The notes under the pieces: model-generated
Databases searched by the model: none
Told to the model about the DNA's origin: nothing
The model's input: only the letters and a program-made list of their open reading frames with translations
Assembly: GCA_016699975.1 (NCBI GenBank)
Contig: CP064994.1
Span: 321,222-385,221 of the forward strand
Direction: 5' to 3'
DNA: 64,000 nucleotides
Origin: Candidatus Moraniibacteriota bacterium
GTDB lineage: Bacteria > Patescibacteriota > Minisyncoccia > Moranbacterales > UBA1568
Translations under genes and position numbers: made by a program
Shown: piece by piece, positions 29,908 through 39,565 of the stretch
Position numbering within the stretch: position 1 is the first letter of the stretch
Layout: each line of letters begins with the position of its first letter

Positions 29908-30690
29908 ATGCCAAAGTTGGGCATACGATTCAAAAATGAGGAGCACTTCGAAGCGCTTCGAGAAAGCGGAAAGCGTCTCGAAGAAGTGATGCGTCGCGTC
30001 GAGAAGATGATAGTGCCGGGAGCATCTACCGAGCTTCTTGATAAAATTGCCGAGAAGGCCATACAGGAGTTGGGAGGAGAGACCGTTTTTAAAGGCTATG
30101 GAAAAGAATACGGCAACCCTTTTCCCGCTTCCATCTGCGTTTCCATAAACGATGAAGTGGTGCATGGCATTCCGCGTAAGGAGAGACTTCTCCGAGAAGG
30201 AGATCTAGTCAAAGTGGATATGGGTCTTCGTTTTCGGGGCATGATAACCGATATGGCTCGGACGTTTGGTGTTGGCACTCTTTCGGAGGATTCGAAACGT
30301 CTCCTCTGGGTGACCGAAGAAAGTTTGTTGCGGGGTATAGCCACTGTGCGACATGGCTCGAAGCTCTCGGAGTATGGAAGCGCGGTTGAGCGATTTGTGG
30401 AGTCACACGGATTTTCGGTCGTGCGAGATTTGGTAGGGCATGGGGTTGGATTTTTGCTCCATGAACCTCCACAGATTCCCAACTTTTCTTTTCCAAGTTC
30501 TCAGAATCTCTTATTCCAAAATGGAATGGCAGTCGCGCTTGAGCCTATGATAAACGCGGGGAGTTCCGCGGTTCGCCTCGCGAAAGACGGCTGGACTTTT
30601 GTGACTGAAGATCATGCTCGAAGCGCGCACTTTGAAGACACGGTTCTTCTTTCAGAGCACGGGGTCGAAACGGTAACGAGAACATCCTAG
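29908..30690 (+). CDS. map: type I methionine aminopeptidase
   Basis: ...ICVSINDEVVHGIP...GDLVKVDMG...HGVGFLLHEPPQIPN... Confidence 0.9.
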   Translation: MPKLGIRFKNEEHFEALRESGKRLEEVMRRVEKMIVPGASTELLDKIAEKAIQELGGETVFKGYGKEYGNPFPASICVSINDEVVHGIPRKERLLREGDLVKVDMGLRFRGMITDMARTFGVGTLSEDSKRLLWVTEESLLRGIATVRHGSKLSEYGSAVERFVESHGFSVVRDLVGHGVGFLLHEPPQIPNFSFPSSQNLLFQNGMAVALEPMINAGSSAVRLAKDGWTFVTEDHARSAHFEDTVLLSEHGVETVTRTS

Positions 30691-30815
30691 TCCTTGTGCA
30701 CGTGTTCGATTCTCTCAAGATCCTCTCTCATTTTGGTTTTTCCTTCTCTTTTCCTCTTTCGCCCGCTCCCAGCAAAGTCGGTTGTGTCAGGAGTATTCTT
30801 TTTGTATTGAGCTTC

Positions 30816-31226
30816 ATGGAAAATTTTTCCTCCCTCGGTATTGACTGGGGAAGTAAGAAAATCGGACTGGCAATTGCGGATTCTGAAACAAGAGTAGCGC
30901 TCCCTCTTTCTACGATTCCGAATGACGAACATTTGCTTGATCGACTCGCTTCCTATGTCAACGAATATACAGTTCGCGAAGTCGTTATTGGTATTCCTGC
31001 TTTTGTACATCACGAACGTGCTCGTTTCGGGGGAGAGCTGTTGGGAAAGCAGATCGAAGACGCATTCCATATTCCTGTTCGGTATGAAAATGAAATGTTT
31101 ACCACGAAGCTGGCGCGGGCCGAACTGCTTGCGCGTGGTGTACGTCGATCTCTTGATGATCTGGATGATCAGGAAGCGGCGAGAATTATTTTAGAAAGCT
31201 TTCTCGCCCGAATGATTAAAATGTGA
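30816..31226 (+). CDS. ruvX: Holliday-junction resolvase-like RNase YqgF/RuvX
   Basis: MENFSSLGIDWGSKKIGLAIAD...VIGIPAFVHH...LDDQEAARIILESFL; the in-frame ATG 30816 lies inside ORF 30696. Confidence 0.8.
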   Translation: MENFSSLGIDWGSKKIGLAIADSETRVALPLSTIPNDEHLLDRLASYVNEYTVREVVIGIPAFVHHERARFGGELLGKQIEDAFHIPVRYENEMFTTKLARAELLARGVRRSLDDLDDQEAARIILESFLARMIKM

Positions 31227-31536
31227 TACACTACATTCGAAAATATTCTCGAAACACTCGGGTTTTTGAATTGCAAATTCTTTTCGAATTCGTGCAGCAT
31301 CGTTTCAAGAGGAGCCGTCGTTTGATTCTTGCAAAACACAGAGTGTCCGCTTCTCTTTTTTGAACGTTTCTTGAATTTGATGTCAGTCATGTTCTTGTGT
31401 GACATTCTTGCCGATACGGTGCTTCTAATTTCCAAATCGAATCGCTCGTGTTTTTGGGGACGATCCTCGTCATTTTCGGAATCACACGATTCTTTTGATC
31501 GGCTTTCCTTTGTTCTCGCTCCATTTTGTTTCTTCT

Positions 31537-32331
31537 ATGGAATCACAACCATTCATTTCCGTTATTATTCCCTCATACAAAGAAGGGGAACGTATTGGAA
31601 CCACGCTTCTTGAAATCGACAAATACCTGAAACAGAAAGATCTTTCGTACGAAGTGCTCGTTGTGGTTGACGGCTCTCCGGACAACACGGCTGAAGTCGC
31701 TCGGAATTATGCGCTTCAGATGGAAAATATTCGCGTTCTCGATAATCAAGAAAATCACGGAAAGGGCTACGTAGTGCGGCAAGGACTTCTCGAATCCAAA
31801 GGAAAGTACCGACTTTTTTTGGATGCCGACGGATCGACTTCTATCACGCATCTCGAAACATTTTTGCCGGCTTTTGAAGAGGGTTTCGATGTCGTCATCG
31901 GCTCGCGTGATATCGAAGGCGCATTCGTTCAGGTACACCAGCCGAAATATCGAGAAGTTATGGGAGATATGGGAAACTGGGCCATCCGTATCGTGCTCGG
32001 TCTCTGGTCCTATCCCGACACGCAGTGTGGTTTCAAAATGCTTTCAGCGGAGGCAGCGGAGGCGATTGCGAGTCGCATGGTCGTTGATCGATTTGGTTTT
32101 GATTTCGAGCTCATCATTTTGGCTCACAAACTTGGTTTTCGAGTAAAGCAGCTCCCTGTTCGTTGGTTGAATGAAGAGGGCTCAACGGTTGGAGGACTCT
32201 TTGGACCGAACGGATTCTTGCAAGTCCTGCTGGATCTTTTTAAGACCAGGTGGAGACTGATGACGGGTGCTTATCATCTTGGGGAACCGGTTCGAGCGGA
32301 AAATCATTCGGAAATCGAAGCACAAAAATAA
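31537..32331 (+). CDS. family 2 glycosyltransferase (dolichyl-phosphate/undecaprenyl-phosphate hexosyltransferase-like)
   Basis: ...ISVIIPSYKEGERIG...VLVVVDGSPDNT...FLDADGST... Confidence 0.75.
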   Translation: MESQPFISVIIPSYKEGERIGTTLLEIDKYLKQKDLSYEVLVVVDGSPDNTAEVARNYALQMENIRVLDNQENHGKGYVVRQGLLESKGKYRLFLDADGSTSITHLETFLPAFEEGFDVVIGSRDIEGAFVQVHQPKYREVMGDMGNWAIRIVLGLWSYPDTQCGFKMLSAEAAEAIASRMVVDRFGFDFELIILAHKLGFRVKQLPVRWLNEEGSTVGGLFGPNGFLQVLLDLFKTRWRLMTGAYHLGEPVRAENHSEIEAQK

Positions 32332-32513
32332 TTCCTGTTTATCTTGAAGTTCGGGCAACAATTCGAGCGACGATCCGTATTGGGACATTTCTTTCTTCGG
32401 ACACTCGAGTGTGAATCCTTCTCCTCGACCTCACGAACGCGTGGAGCGTGACCGAAAGAACGCCTTCTATTTCTTCGGAAAAAATTTTTACACACCCATA
32501 CTAAAATACAATT

Positions 32514-33569
32514 GTGATTCGTGTTGCTGATACAGCATTTCCTGCTGCGGCGAATGACACTCTCTCGGAGCTTCGACAGGATCTCGTGACGGGAGATTGG
32601 GTAGTCATCGCGACGGGTCGCGGAAAACGACCCGATGATTTTTCGCGTCATGAGGCAGAGCACGTCCCTTCAGGAAGTGTTGATGAGTGTCCTTTTGAGC
32701 GTCCTGAGGAAACCAAACAAGAGAAAGACGTTCTCATCTATACGTCGAATGATGATTGGACACTGCGAGTCTTTCCGAATAAATACCCCGCCGTTTCTCG
32801 AGGGGGAATGCCGCGTGAAAGAGGCGAAGGGCCATACTTTTCTGTAACGGGGAATGGCTACCACGAAGTGATCGTCACTCGAGGTCATGAAACTCAGCTT
32901 GCTACTATGGAGTCGTGGCAAGTAGCGGAAGTACTCGATGCCTATCAAGATCGATACATGTCGCTCATGAACAAAAAAGGGTGTTTCCTACATTCAAATT
33001 TTTCATAATCACGGGAAAGAAGCGGGTGCGTCACTTGCTCATCCGCATTCTCAGTTGATAGCGATTCCCGTTGTTTCTCCGTATATTCAGCTCGAATTGA
33101 CGGGATCCGAGCGATATTTCCGCAAGAACAAGGAGCTGGTATATGGAGTTATTGCGGAGTATGAATCCGAAGCGAAAACCCGAGTGGTGTATGAGAATGA
33201 AAAATTTCTCGCTTTTTGTCCGTTTGCTTCGCGATCGGCTTTTGAGATTCATGTTATGCCGAAGCGTTCCTCGCCTTATTTTGAAAGAATCGGTGACGAA
33301 GAAAAGTTGTTGGCAGCGGAGCGCTTCGCGCCGCACTGTTTTCGCTCTACCAGGGGCTTGGAAATCCGGCCTATAATTTTTATCTTCATACGGCTCCGTG
33401 CGATGGAAGAGACTATTTGCACTACGGGTGGCATATCGAAATTTTACCCCACACGTCCACCTGGGCGGGGTTTGAACTTTCGACCGGCATAGAAATATCT
33501 GCCATTCAGCCAGAGAAAGCAGCGGCATATCTGAGAGAACAGCTCACAGGGAAAAGATTTTCTGTATGA
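32514..33569 (+). CDS. galT: galactose-1-phosphate uridylyltransferase family (GalT-like); at least two frame changes
   Basis: ORF 32514 has ...LRQDLVTGDWVVIATGRGKRPDDF...RVFPNKYPA...GYHEVIV... ORF 33055 has ...HGKEAGASLAHPHSQLIAIPVV...FLAFCPFASRSAFEIHVMPK... A third frame has ...YNFYLHTAPCDGRDYLHYGWHIEILPHTSTWAGFELSTGIEI.... Switches are at an A run ~32973-32978 and a G run ~33353-33356. Confidence 0.7.
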
Positions 33570-33694
33570 AAGAAGCTGTTTTCCCCAATATTTTTGGAAT
33601 TCATCTTTTTGATTCGTTGGAACGATGCGATCTCGAGAAAATTTTGACGGAAATCGCTCCTCCAAAAACATTCATTCAATGACAATACGGTCTC

Positions 33695-34459
33695 ATGCGC
33701 TACTTGATTGCCAATCTCAAAATGAATTTGATTTCGTATGAGGAAAATATTTCGTATCTGACGACTCTGTTGGACGTTGCGAAAAGGAATCGTCGCGTCG
33801 GTGTGAAAACTTCGCTCGTGATCTGCCCCTCATTTCCTTTTTTGTCGCTCTTTCAGAAAAAGTTGCCCAAGCGACTTTTTCTCGGCGCGCAGGACGTGGC
33901 TTTTTCGGAACGAGGAGCATATACGGGATACGTTCCGGCCCGTTCGCTCGCGGACAATGGCGCTTCTTTTGTTCTCATCGGACACAGTGAGTCCCGACGG
34001 TATGGGGGGGATACGAATGAGCGAATTTCCGAAAAGATTCGCCTTTCCGTGCGAAACGGACTTCGTCCAGTTCTCTGTGTCGGGGAATCTGCTGCCGAAA
34101 GGGCGGCCGGTCAAACCGCTCTTGTTATTCGTCGGCAAATTTCCGAAGCGCTTCATGATATTTCTTCTGAAGAATGGACTCGTGGTATTATTGCCTATGA
34201 ACCCTGTTGGGCAATCGGAACGGATCACATTCCCCGGTCCGACGATATCCTTGAAGTATCAATCGCGATCCGACGAACGCTTGTGGAAATTCTCGATCGA
34301 ACTCTTGCACAGAGTGTCCCGATTTTGTATGGGGGTTCCGTAAATGTTGAGCGGATTTCCGAAGTCTGCCTTGCTCCGGGACTCTCTGGAGTTTTGGTGG
34401 GGAGAGAAAGTCTTCTGCCGGAAGAGCTCCTCGCTATGGTTTCAGCCCTTGATGCCTAA
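33695..34459 (+). CDS. tpiA: triosephosphate isomerase
   Basis: ...IANLKMN..., GHSESRRY, IAYEPCWAIGT, YGGSV. Confidence 0.9.
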   Translation: MRYLIANLKMNLISYEENISYLTTLLDVAKRNRRVGVKTSLVICPSFPFLSLFQKKLPKRLFLGAQDVAFSERGAYTGYVPARSLADNGASFVLIGHSESRRYGGDTNERISEKIRLSVRNGLRPVLCVGESAAERAAGQTALVIRRQISEALHDISSEEWTRGIIAYEPCWAIGTDHIPRSDDILEVSIAIRRTLVEILDRTLAQSVPILYGGSVNVERISEVCLAPGLSGVLVGRESLLPEELLAMVSALDA

Positions 34460-34547
34460 ACTCTTTTTCCTGAAATGTTGGTCTTCGCATCCCGAATGAT
34501 TCCGAAGCAGTTTTTCTGAAAGAAACGATAAATTTTGAAAAGCGATT

Positions 34548-35501
34548 ATGATTGTGAGTGTGAAGGATATTCTGAACGAAGCGAAGGCGGGGAACTATGC
34601 TGTTGGAGCATTTAATACCGTGAATCTCGAAACGACCCAAGCGATCCTGCGGGTCGCCTCGGAGCTTGAGTCTCCGGTTATCGTTCAGGTGACAGAAAAG
34701 ACCCTTGAATACGCCGGCGGGCGTGCCATTTTTCACCTTATTTCTGATGTGGCGGAAAGCTACTATCCTCAGGTGCCAGTCGGCATCCATCTCGATCATG
34801 GGAAGAGTTTCGAACTGATAGAGCGCGCGGTGGAAATTGGCTTCAACTCGGTCATGTACGATGGGTCGAGGAAAAAATACGTTGATAATGTAGCGACTAC
34901 TAAACGAGTGGTGGAATTTTGTCACAAGAAGGGTGTGTCGGTGCAAGGAGAGCTAGGCAATGTTCCGTATATTGGAGAAGTGGCGACTCAAACGATCGTG
35001 TGGGAAGATTACATGACAAATCCTGAAGAAGCGTGTCGGTTCGTCGAAGAAACTGGCATTGATACGCTGGCGGTTGCGATTGGAAATGCGCATGGATTTT
35101 TCCCGGAGCGTCCCGAGCCAGACTATGATCGACTCCAAACGTTAAGCCGATGTGTTCGACTCCCGATCGTACTTCATGGTGCTTCGGATTGGGATGGGGA
35201 GCGAGTGGAAAAAGTTATTCGACTCGGAGTCTCGTGTTTCAATGTGGACACTGCCATTCGTCTCAGTTTTCTCAGTCAGTTATCGCAAACGCTTGCTTCC
35301 GGAAGCGAAACGGATTTGCGGAGCGTTCTTGGAACGGCGCGCGAGAGCGTTGAGGCAGCCGTTCGAAAAAAGATTCTCCTCTTCGGATCAAATGGAAAGG
35401 CAGCGAATCGGGAAGGAATTCCCGAGCATGATGAAAAAGAGCGCTCTCGAAATAATGAATCGATTCGGAGCCGTGAAACGACGGAAATGAATTACGAGTA
35501 A
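34548..35501 (+). CDS. fba: class II fructose-bisphosphate aldolase
   Basis: ...NYAVGAFNTVNLE...IHLDHG...GELG..., class II FBA family. Confidence 0.9.
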   Translation: MIVSVKDILNEAKAGNYAVGAFNTVNLETTQAILRVASELESPVIVQVTEKTLEYAGGRAIFHLISDVAESYYPQVPVGIHLDHGKSFELIERAVEIGFNSVMYDGSRKKYVDNVATTKRVVEFCHKKGVSVQGELGNVPYIGEVATQTIVWEDYMTNPEEACRFVEETGIDTLAVAIGNAHGFFPERPEPDYDRLQTLSRCVRLPIVLHGASDWDGERVEKVIRLGVSCFNVDTAIRLSFLSQLSQTLASGSETDLRSVLGTARESVEAAVRKKILLFGSNGKAANREGIPEHDEKERSRNNESIRSRETTEMNYE

Positions 35502-35598
35502 ACGGTTTTTCTGATCTTGGATGAGTCTTGGAATTTTTGGGAGGAAGAATATCTCAATTTTTCTCGAGCTGCGTACTCACTTTTAATGAAACGAAGGT

Positions 35599-36606
35599 AT
35601 GAAACGAATAGCCATAAACGGATTCGGAAGAATCGGCCGGACAGCATTTCGCATCTTGAGCGAGCGTCCAGAGGGAGAAGTGGTCGCGATTAACGATCTC
35701 ACTGATGCCAAAACACTGGCGCATCTTTTGAAGCATGACACTGCATACCGAACGTGGAACCATGAGGTTTCTTCCGAAGAACATGCTCTCCTTATTGACG
35801 GAAAGGTGTGCCCTGTTTTTTCCGAACCGGATCCGGAGCGGCTTCCGTGGAAGGACCTTGGGGTTGATGTGGTGCTTGAGTGTACGGGACGATTTGTGAA
35901 AGGCGATGCGGCAGGGAAGCATCTTTCTGCTGGTGCCAAAAAAGTGGTTCTCTCGGCGCCAGGAAAGGGAAGCGATATTCCCATGTACCTTCTCGGTGTA
36001 AATGACGACCAGTATCGAGGCGAGCGCGTTGTCTCGAATGCATCCTGCACGACGAATTGTTTGGCGCTCGTCGCAGCCGTTTTGCACGAATCCTTCGGTA
36101 TAGAAAAAGCAATGATGACCACCGTTCATTCCTACACGGCCGACCAGAATTTACAGGATGCGCCGCACGACGACCTTCGTCGCGCGCGTGCTGCTGCGCA
36201 AAATATCGTGCCGACGACGACCGGGGCAGCTCTCTCGATCGGAGAAGTGCTCCCCGATATCAAAGGGAAATTCGATGGGCTTGCGATTCGTGTTCCGACC
36301 ATGGTGGTATCGCTCACGGATTTTACTTTTCTCCTGAGGCGAAAGGTGAGTATTGAAGACGTGAATGGCGCACTCGAAGCGGCTGCTCACACCGATCGAT
36401 TTCGCGGCATCCTTGAAGTCACGAATGTACCGCTCGTGTCCTCAGACTTTATCGGAAATCGTGCATCTTCTATTGTTGATCTCGCTCTCACAAAAGTGGT
36501 AGACGGCGATCTGGTGAAGGTGGTTGCCTGGTATGACAATGAATGGGGATATTCGGAGCGTTTGGTGGATATGGCACTTCTCGTTTCTCGGGAAGACGAA
36601 CAGTAA
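35599..36606 (+). CDS. gap: glyceraldehyde-3-phosphate dehydrogenase
   Basis: INGFGRIGR..., ASCTTNCLA, WYDNEWGYS. Confidence 0.9.
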   Translation: MKRIAINGFGRIGRTAFRILSERPEGEVVAINDLTDAKTLAHLLKHDTAYRTWNHEVSSEEHALLIDGKVCPVFSEPDPERLPWKDLGVDVVLECTGRFVKGDAAGKHLSAGAKKVVLSAPGKGSDIPMYLLGVNDDQYRGERVVSNASCTTNCLALVAAVLHESFGIEKAMMTTVHSYTADQNLQDAPHDDLRRARAAAQNIVPTTTGAALSIGEVLPDIKGKFDGLAIRVPTMVVSLTDFTFLLRRKVSIEDVNGALEAAAHTDRFRGILEVTNVPLVSSDFIGNRASSIVDLALTKVVDGDLVKVVAWYDNEWGYSERLVDMALLVSREDEQ

Positions 36607-36841
36607 CGTTTCTGTGAGTATTCTTTTTTGCAAATCAATTTGTTTGTTATGGGACGGATACATATATTTCCGAAAGTTTGAAGAGAAACTTTCCTGAGCG
36701 TGAAAAAGCGTGAACTCTCGAAACCTGTTTTCGAAGAACTCTTTCCCGAAATGATGACTCATATTTTTGTGCAGGGAATCGTGAAGGTCAGAAGATGTTT
36801 AAAAGAGGTGCGATGAGTTTTTGTTGTTGTATTCATACGTC

Positions 36842-38440
36842 ATGTACGATGTCATTGTAAAGGGCGGACTCATTGTAGACGGCACCGGAGCCCGTGGCTT
36901 TGATGCGGATATCGGCATTCGTGAAGGCACAATCGAAGCGATCGGCAATCTCTCGTCCGCGCGAGCCGAAACAATTATCGATGCGAAGGGAAAGTATGTC
37001 ACTCCGGGATTTGTCGACATCAACAATCATTCCGATACTCACTGGCAAATTTTCTTGAATCCTGATTTAGAGAGTCTCGTTCGGCAGGGAATTACCACTC
37101 TCGTCGGGGGAAACTGCGGTTCTTCTTTGGCACCCCTTACGGACAAATCCATGCTGGAGTCCATTCAAAAATGGACGGATATTCGAAATCTGAATCTCAA
37201 CTGGCTTTCAGTCCGAGAGTTTTTGGAAGAGGTGGAACAACGTGCGCTTCCTGTAAATTTTGCAACACTTTTGGGTCATGGGACGCTTCGTCGCGGGTTC
37301 GTTCGAGATGAGTCGCGACCTCTTCGTGCGCCGGAACTCTCTGGGATGGCGAAACTCCTCAAGCTGTCGCTTCGAGAAGGATCAATTGGTATGTCTTTGG
37401 GTCTTGCATATGTGCACGGTCGGCATGCGACGGAGCATGAACTTTCGACACTCTCGGCGATCGTGGGAAAATATGATGGGTTTTGTGCCGTTCACTTGAG
37501 AAACGAAGGAAAAATGCTTCCGGAAGCGGTTACCGAAGTGCTCACACTCGCGAAGACTTCGGGAGTTCGGCTTCACCTCTCTCACTTAAAGGCGCTTGGA
37601 CGAGAATCATGGCCGCATGTGGATCGAGCGCTCTATTTGCTCGACGCTTTCGATTCCCAGGGAATTGACGTGTCATTTGATCTCTCGCCCTACACTTCGA
37701 CTGCGTCGGTTTTGTATACCGTGCTTCCCACGTGGGTGAGTGATGGTGGGAAAAAACTCATGATGGAGCGTTTACGCGATCCGTCACTTCGGGCACGTAT
37801 TGTTCGGGAACTTCGAGAAGAGCATATTGAATACGCATCCGCGTTTTTGATGGCGTCTTCGCTCAATAAAATGATCGTCCGTACCAATGTGCTCGACATA
37901 GCGAAAGCCGAAGGAAAATCTCCCGAGGAAGTTATTCTTGACGTGCTCCTTGCTTCCGATGATCGCGCCATCATTTCTTTCGATACTCTTTCCGAAGAGA
38001 ATATCGAAAAGGAACTTCGCCACCCATTCTCCCTTATTAGCACGAACGGGGTCGGGTACGCCGCTTCTCACGTTTCGACGGGCGAGAGTGTGCACCCGCG
38101 CTCTTTCGGTGCATTTCCCCGAGTGCTCGCTCGCTATGTGCGGGAGAAAAAAATCTTGAGTTGGGAAGAAGCGATACACAAAATGACCGGAAAGCCGGCT
38201 CAGAAGGCAGGTCTCACAAACCGAGGCATTCTCGCGGTTGGGAATTTCGCTGATCTGGTCGTCCTTGATCCCGAAACAGTGGAAGACCATGCGACGCTTG
38301 ATAATCCATACCAATACCCGTCAGGCATCGTTTCGGTACTTGTGAACGGGAAACACGCTGTGAGTAACGGTGTCTATACGGGAGTTCGCGCGGGGAACGT
38401 GCTTCGCCGGAAAAGCAGCTTTTTTGAAAAATTCTGGTAA
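36842..38440 (+). CDS. N-acyl-D-amino-acid deacylase (D-aminoacylase) family amidohydrolase
   Basis: MYDVIVKGGLIVDGTG...TPGFVDINNHSD...; about 532 aa, amidohydrolase superfamily. Confidence 0.75.
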   Translation: MYDVIVKGGLIVDGTGARGFDADIGIREGTIEAIGNLSSARAETIIDAKGKYVTPGFVDINNHSDTHWQIFLNPDLESLVRQGITTLVGGNCGSSLAPLTDKSMLESIQKWTDIRNLNLNWLSVREFLEEVEQRALPVNFATLLGHGTLRRGFVRDESRPLRAPELSGMAKLLKLSLREGSIGMSLGLAYVHGRHATEHELSTLSAIVGKYDGFCAVHLRNEGKMLPEAVTEVLTLAKTSGVRLHLSHLKALGRESWPHVDRALYLLDAFDSQGIDVSFDLSPYTSTASVLYTVLPTWVSDGGKKLMMERLRDPSLRARIVRELREEHIEYASAFLMASSLNKMIVRTNVLDIAKAEGKSPEEVILDVLLASDDRAIISFDTLSEENIEKELRHPFSLISTNGVGYAASHVSTGESVHPRSFGAFPRVLARYVREKKILSWEEAIHKMTGKPAQKAGLTNRGILAVGNFADLVVLDPETVEDHATLDNPYQYPSGIVSVLVNGKHAVSNGVYTGVRAGNVLRRKSSFFEKFW

Positions 38441-38720
38441 AATGAAAAAAGAAAGGGTGAAGGTGAGATTTTGATTCATTTTTTGTTTTTCTTTTTCTTG
38501 TCTATTCTGCATATTCTTTCCCGGGAAAATCGAGTGGTATGAATTTTAGAAAATGGTAAAAATTTTCTTTCTTCTCAAAATATATGAGCAGCTTTCCTTC
38601 AAGAAACAATGTTGCCTCTTTCATTTCTTACCGCACTCTCATTTAATAATGTAACTTTTACTTGCTTTGGAAGCGATCCCAAACAAAGTTACAAAGAAAA
38701 CCCCCCCTCATTCTTCACCT

Positions 38721-39461
38721 ATGAAAAATACCTCTTGGAAGATTCCTCTCCTCTTTCTCTTCCTTACTCTTTTTCTTTTCCAGTCAAAAGAAGGGAATGC
38801 TGCTGGGTGGGGAGCTGTCATTACTCCAGGCACCCTGAATCCCGACAGCACCATTCGAATTCTTCACAATGAAGTCCAGGTGCTCCCGCTTGTCCTTCAG
38901 GCGGACGCCACCATTACGGGTGATCCAGATGTCAACGCAACCCAAACCGGAACGCTCGAATGGAATATGCCGCAGGGACTTCAGATACTGTCGAGTGGTG
39001 GCTACTACAACGCTTCTCTTGTCTCTCAACAAACGTCTGGAAATCGAGAAATTCTTACCTACTCTTTTTCGGTCACGGAATCCTCCCTCGATGGTGTTCC
39101 GGGTGCACGCATTACAACGGAATGGAAGAACCACGTCTTCTATGTAAAGGCAACAACTGTCCCTGCTTCGGGAAATGATTTCATTACCCTCACGCTCCGC
39201 CAAGGAGCAAATTCCGACACATGGACCTGGCCCCTTGCAGTAACGCCGCTTCGAACGCCTGCGGGAGTTCCGAGTAAGATCACTCTCGGCTTTTGGGATT
39301 ACGGATGGTATCGAGCGGGGACAGCAAGTACTGAGGTGGCGAACTTGTGGAGTAAGCTTGGGATATCATATACGCAGTATGGAGGAGTACCGAGCTATGT
39401 AACTGCGCTCAGAAATAAGGGCATCATAACCGGAGGAAACGTTCACAATTCTCACTTTTAG
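38721..39461 (+). CDS. secreted protein with signal peptide, possibly the N-terminal part of one large surface protein continued in ORF 39566
   Basis: MKNTSWKIPLLFLFLTLFLFQSKEGNA is a signal peptide, followed by a Thr/Ser-rich extracellular domain. The downstream ORF has no start context of its own. Confidence 0.5.
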   Translation: MKNTSWKIPLLFLFLTLFLFQSKEGNAAGWGAVITPGTLNPDSTIRILHNEVQVLPLVLQADATITGDPDVNATQTGTLEWNMPQGLQILSSGGYYNASLVSQQTSGNREILTYSFSVTESSLDGVPGARITTEWKNHVFYVKATTVPASGNDFITLTLRQGANSDTWTWPLAVTPLRTPAGVPSKITLGFWDYGWYRAGTASTEVANLWSKLGISYTQYGGVPSYVTALRNKGIITGGNVHNSHF

Positions 39462-39565
39462 CTTGCAGGTTTTCCTGATTATACAGCGACGAGTGTTGCT
39501 ATTACCGGTACTTTTCCCTGCCCCCAAGACGTCATTGCGCTCCTCCGGGGTCGGCTATTCCGGGC

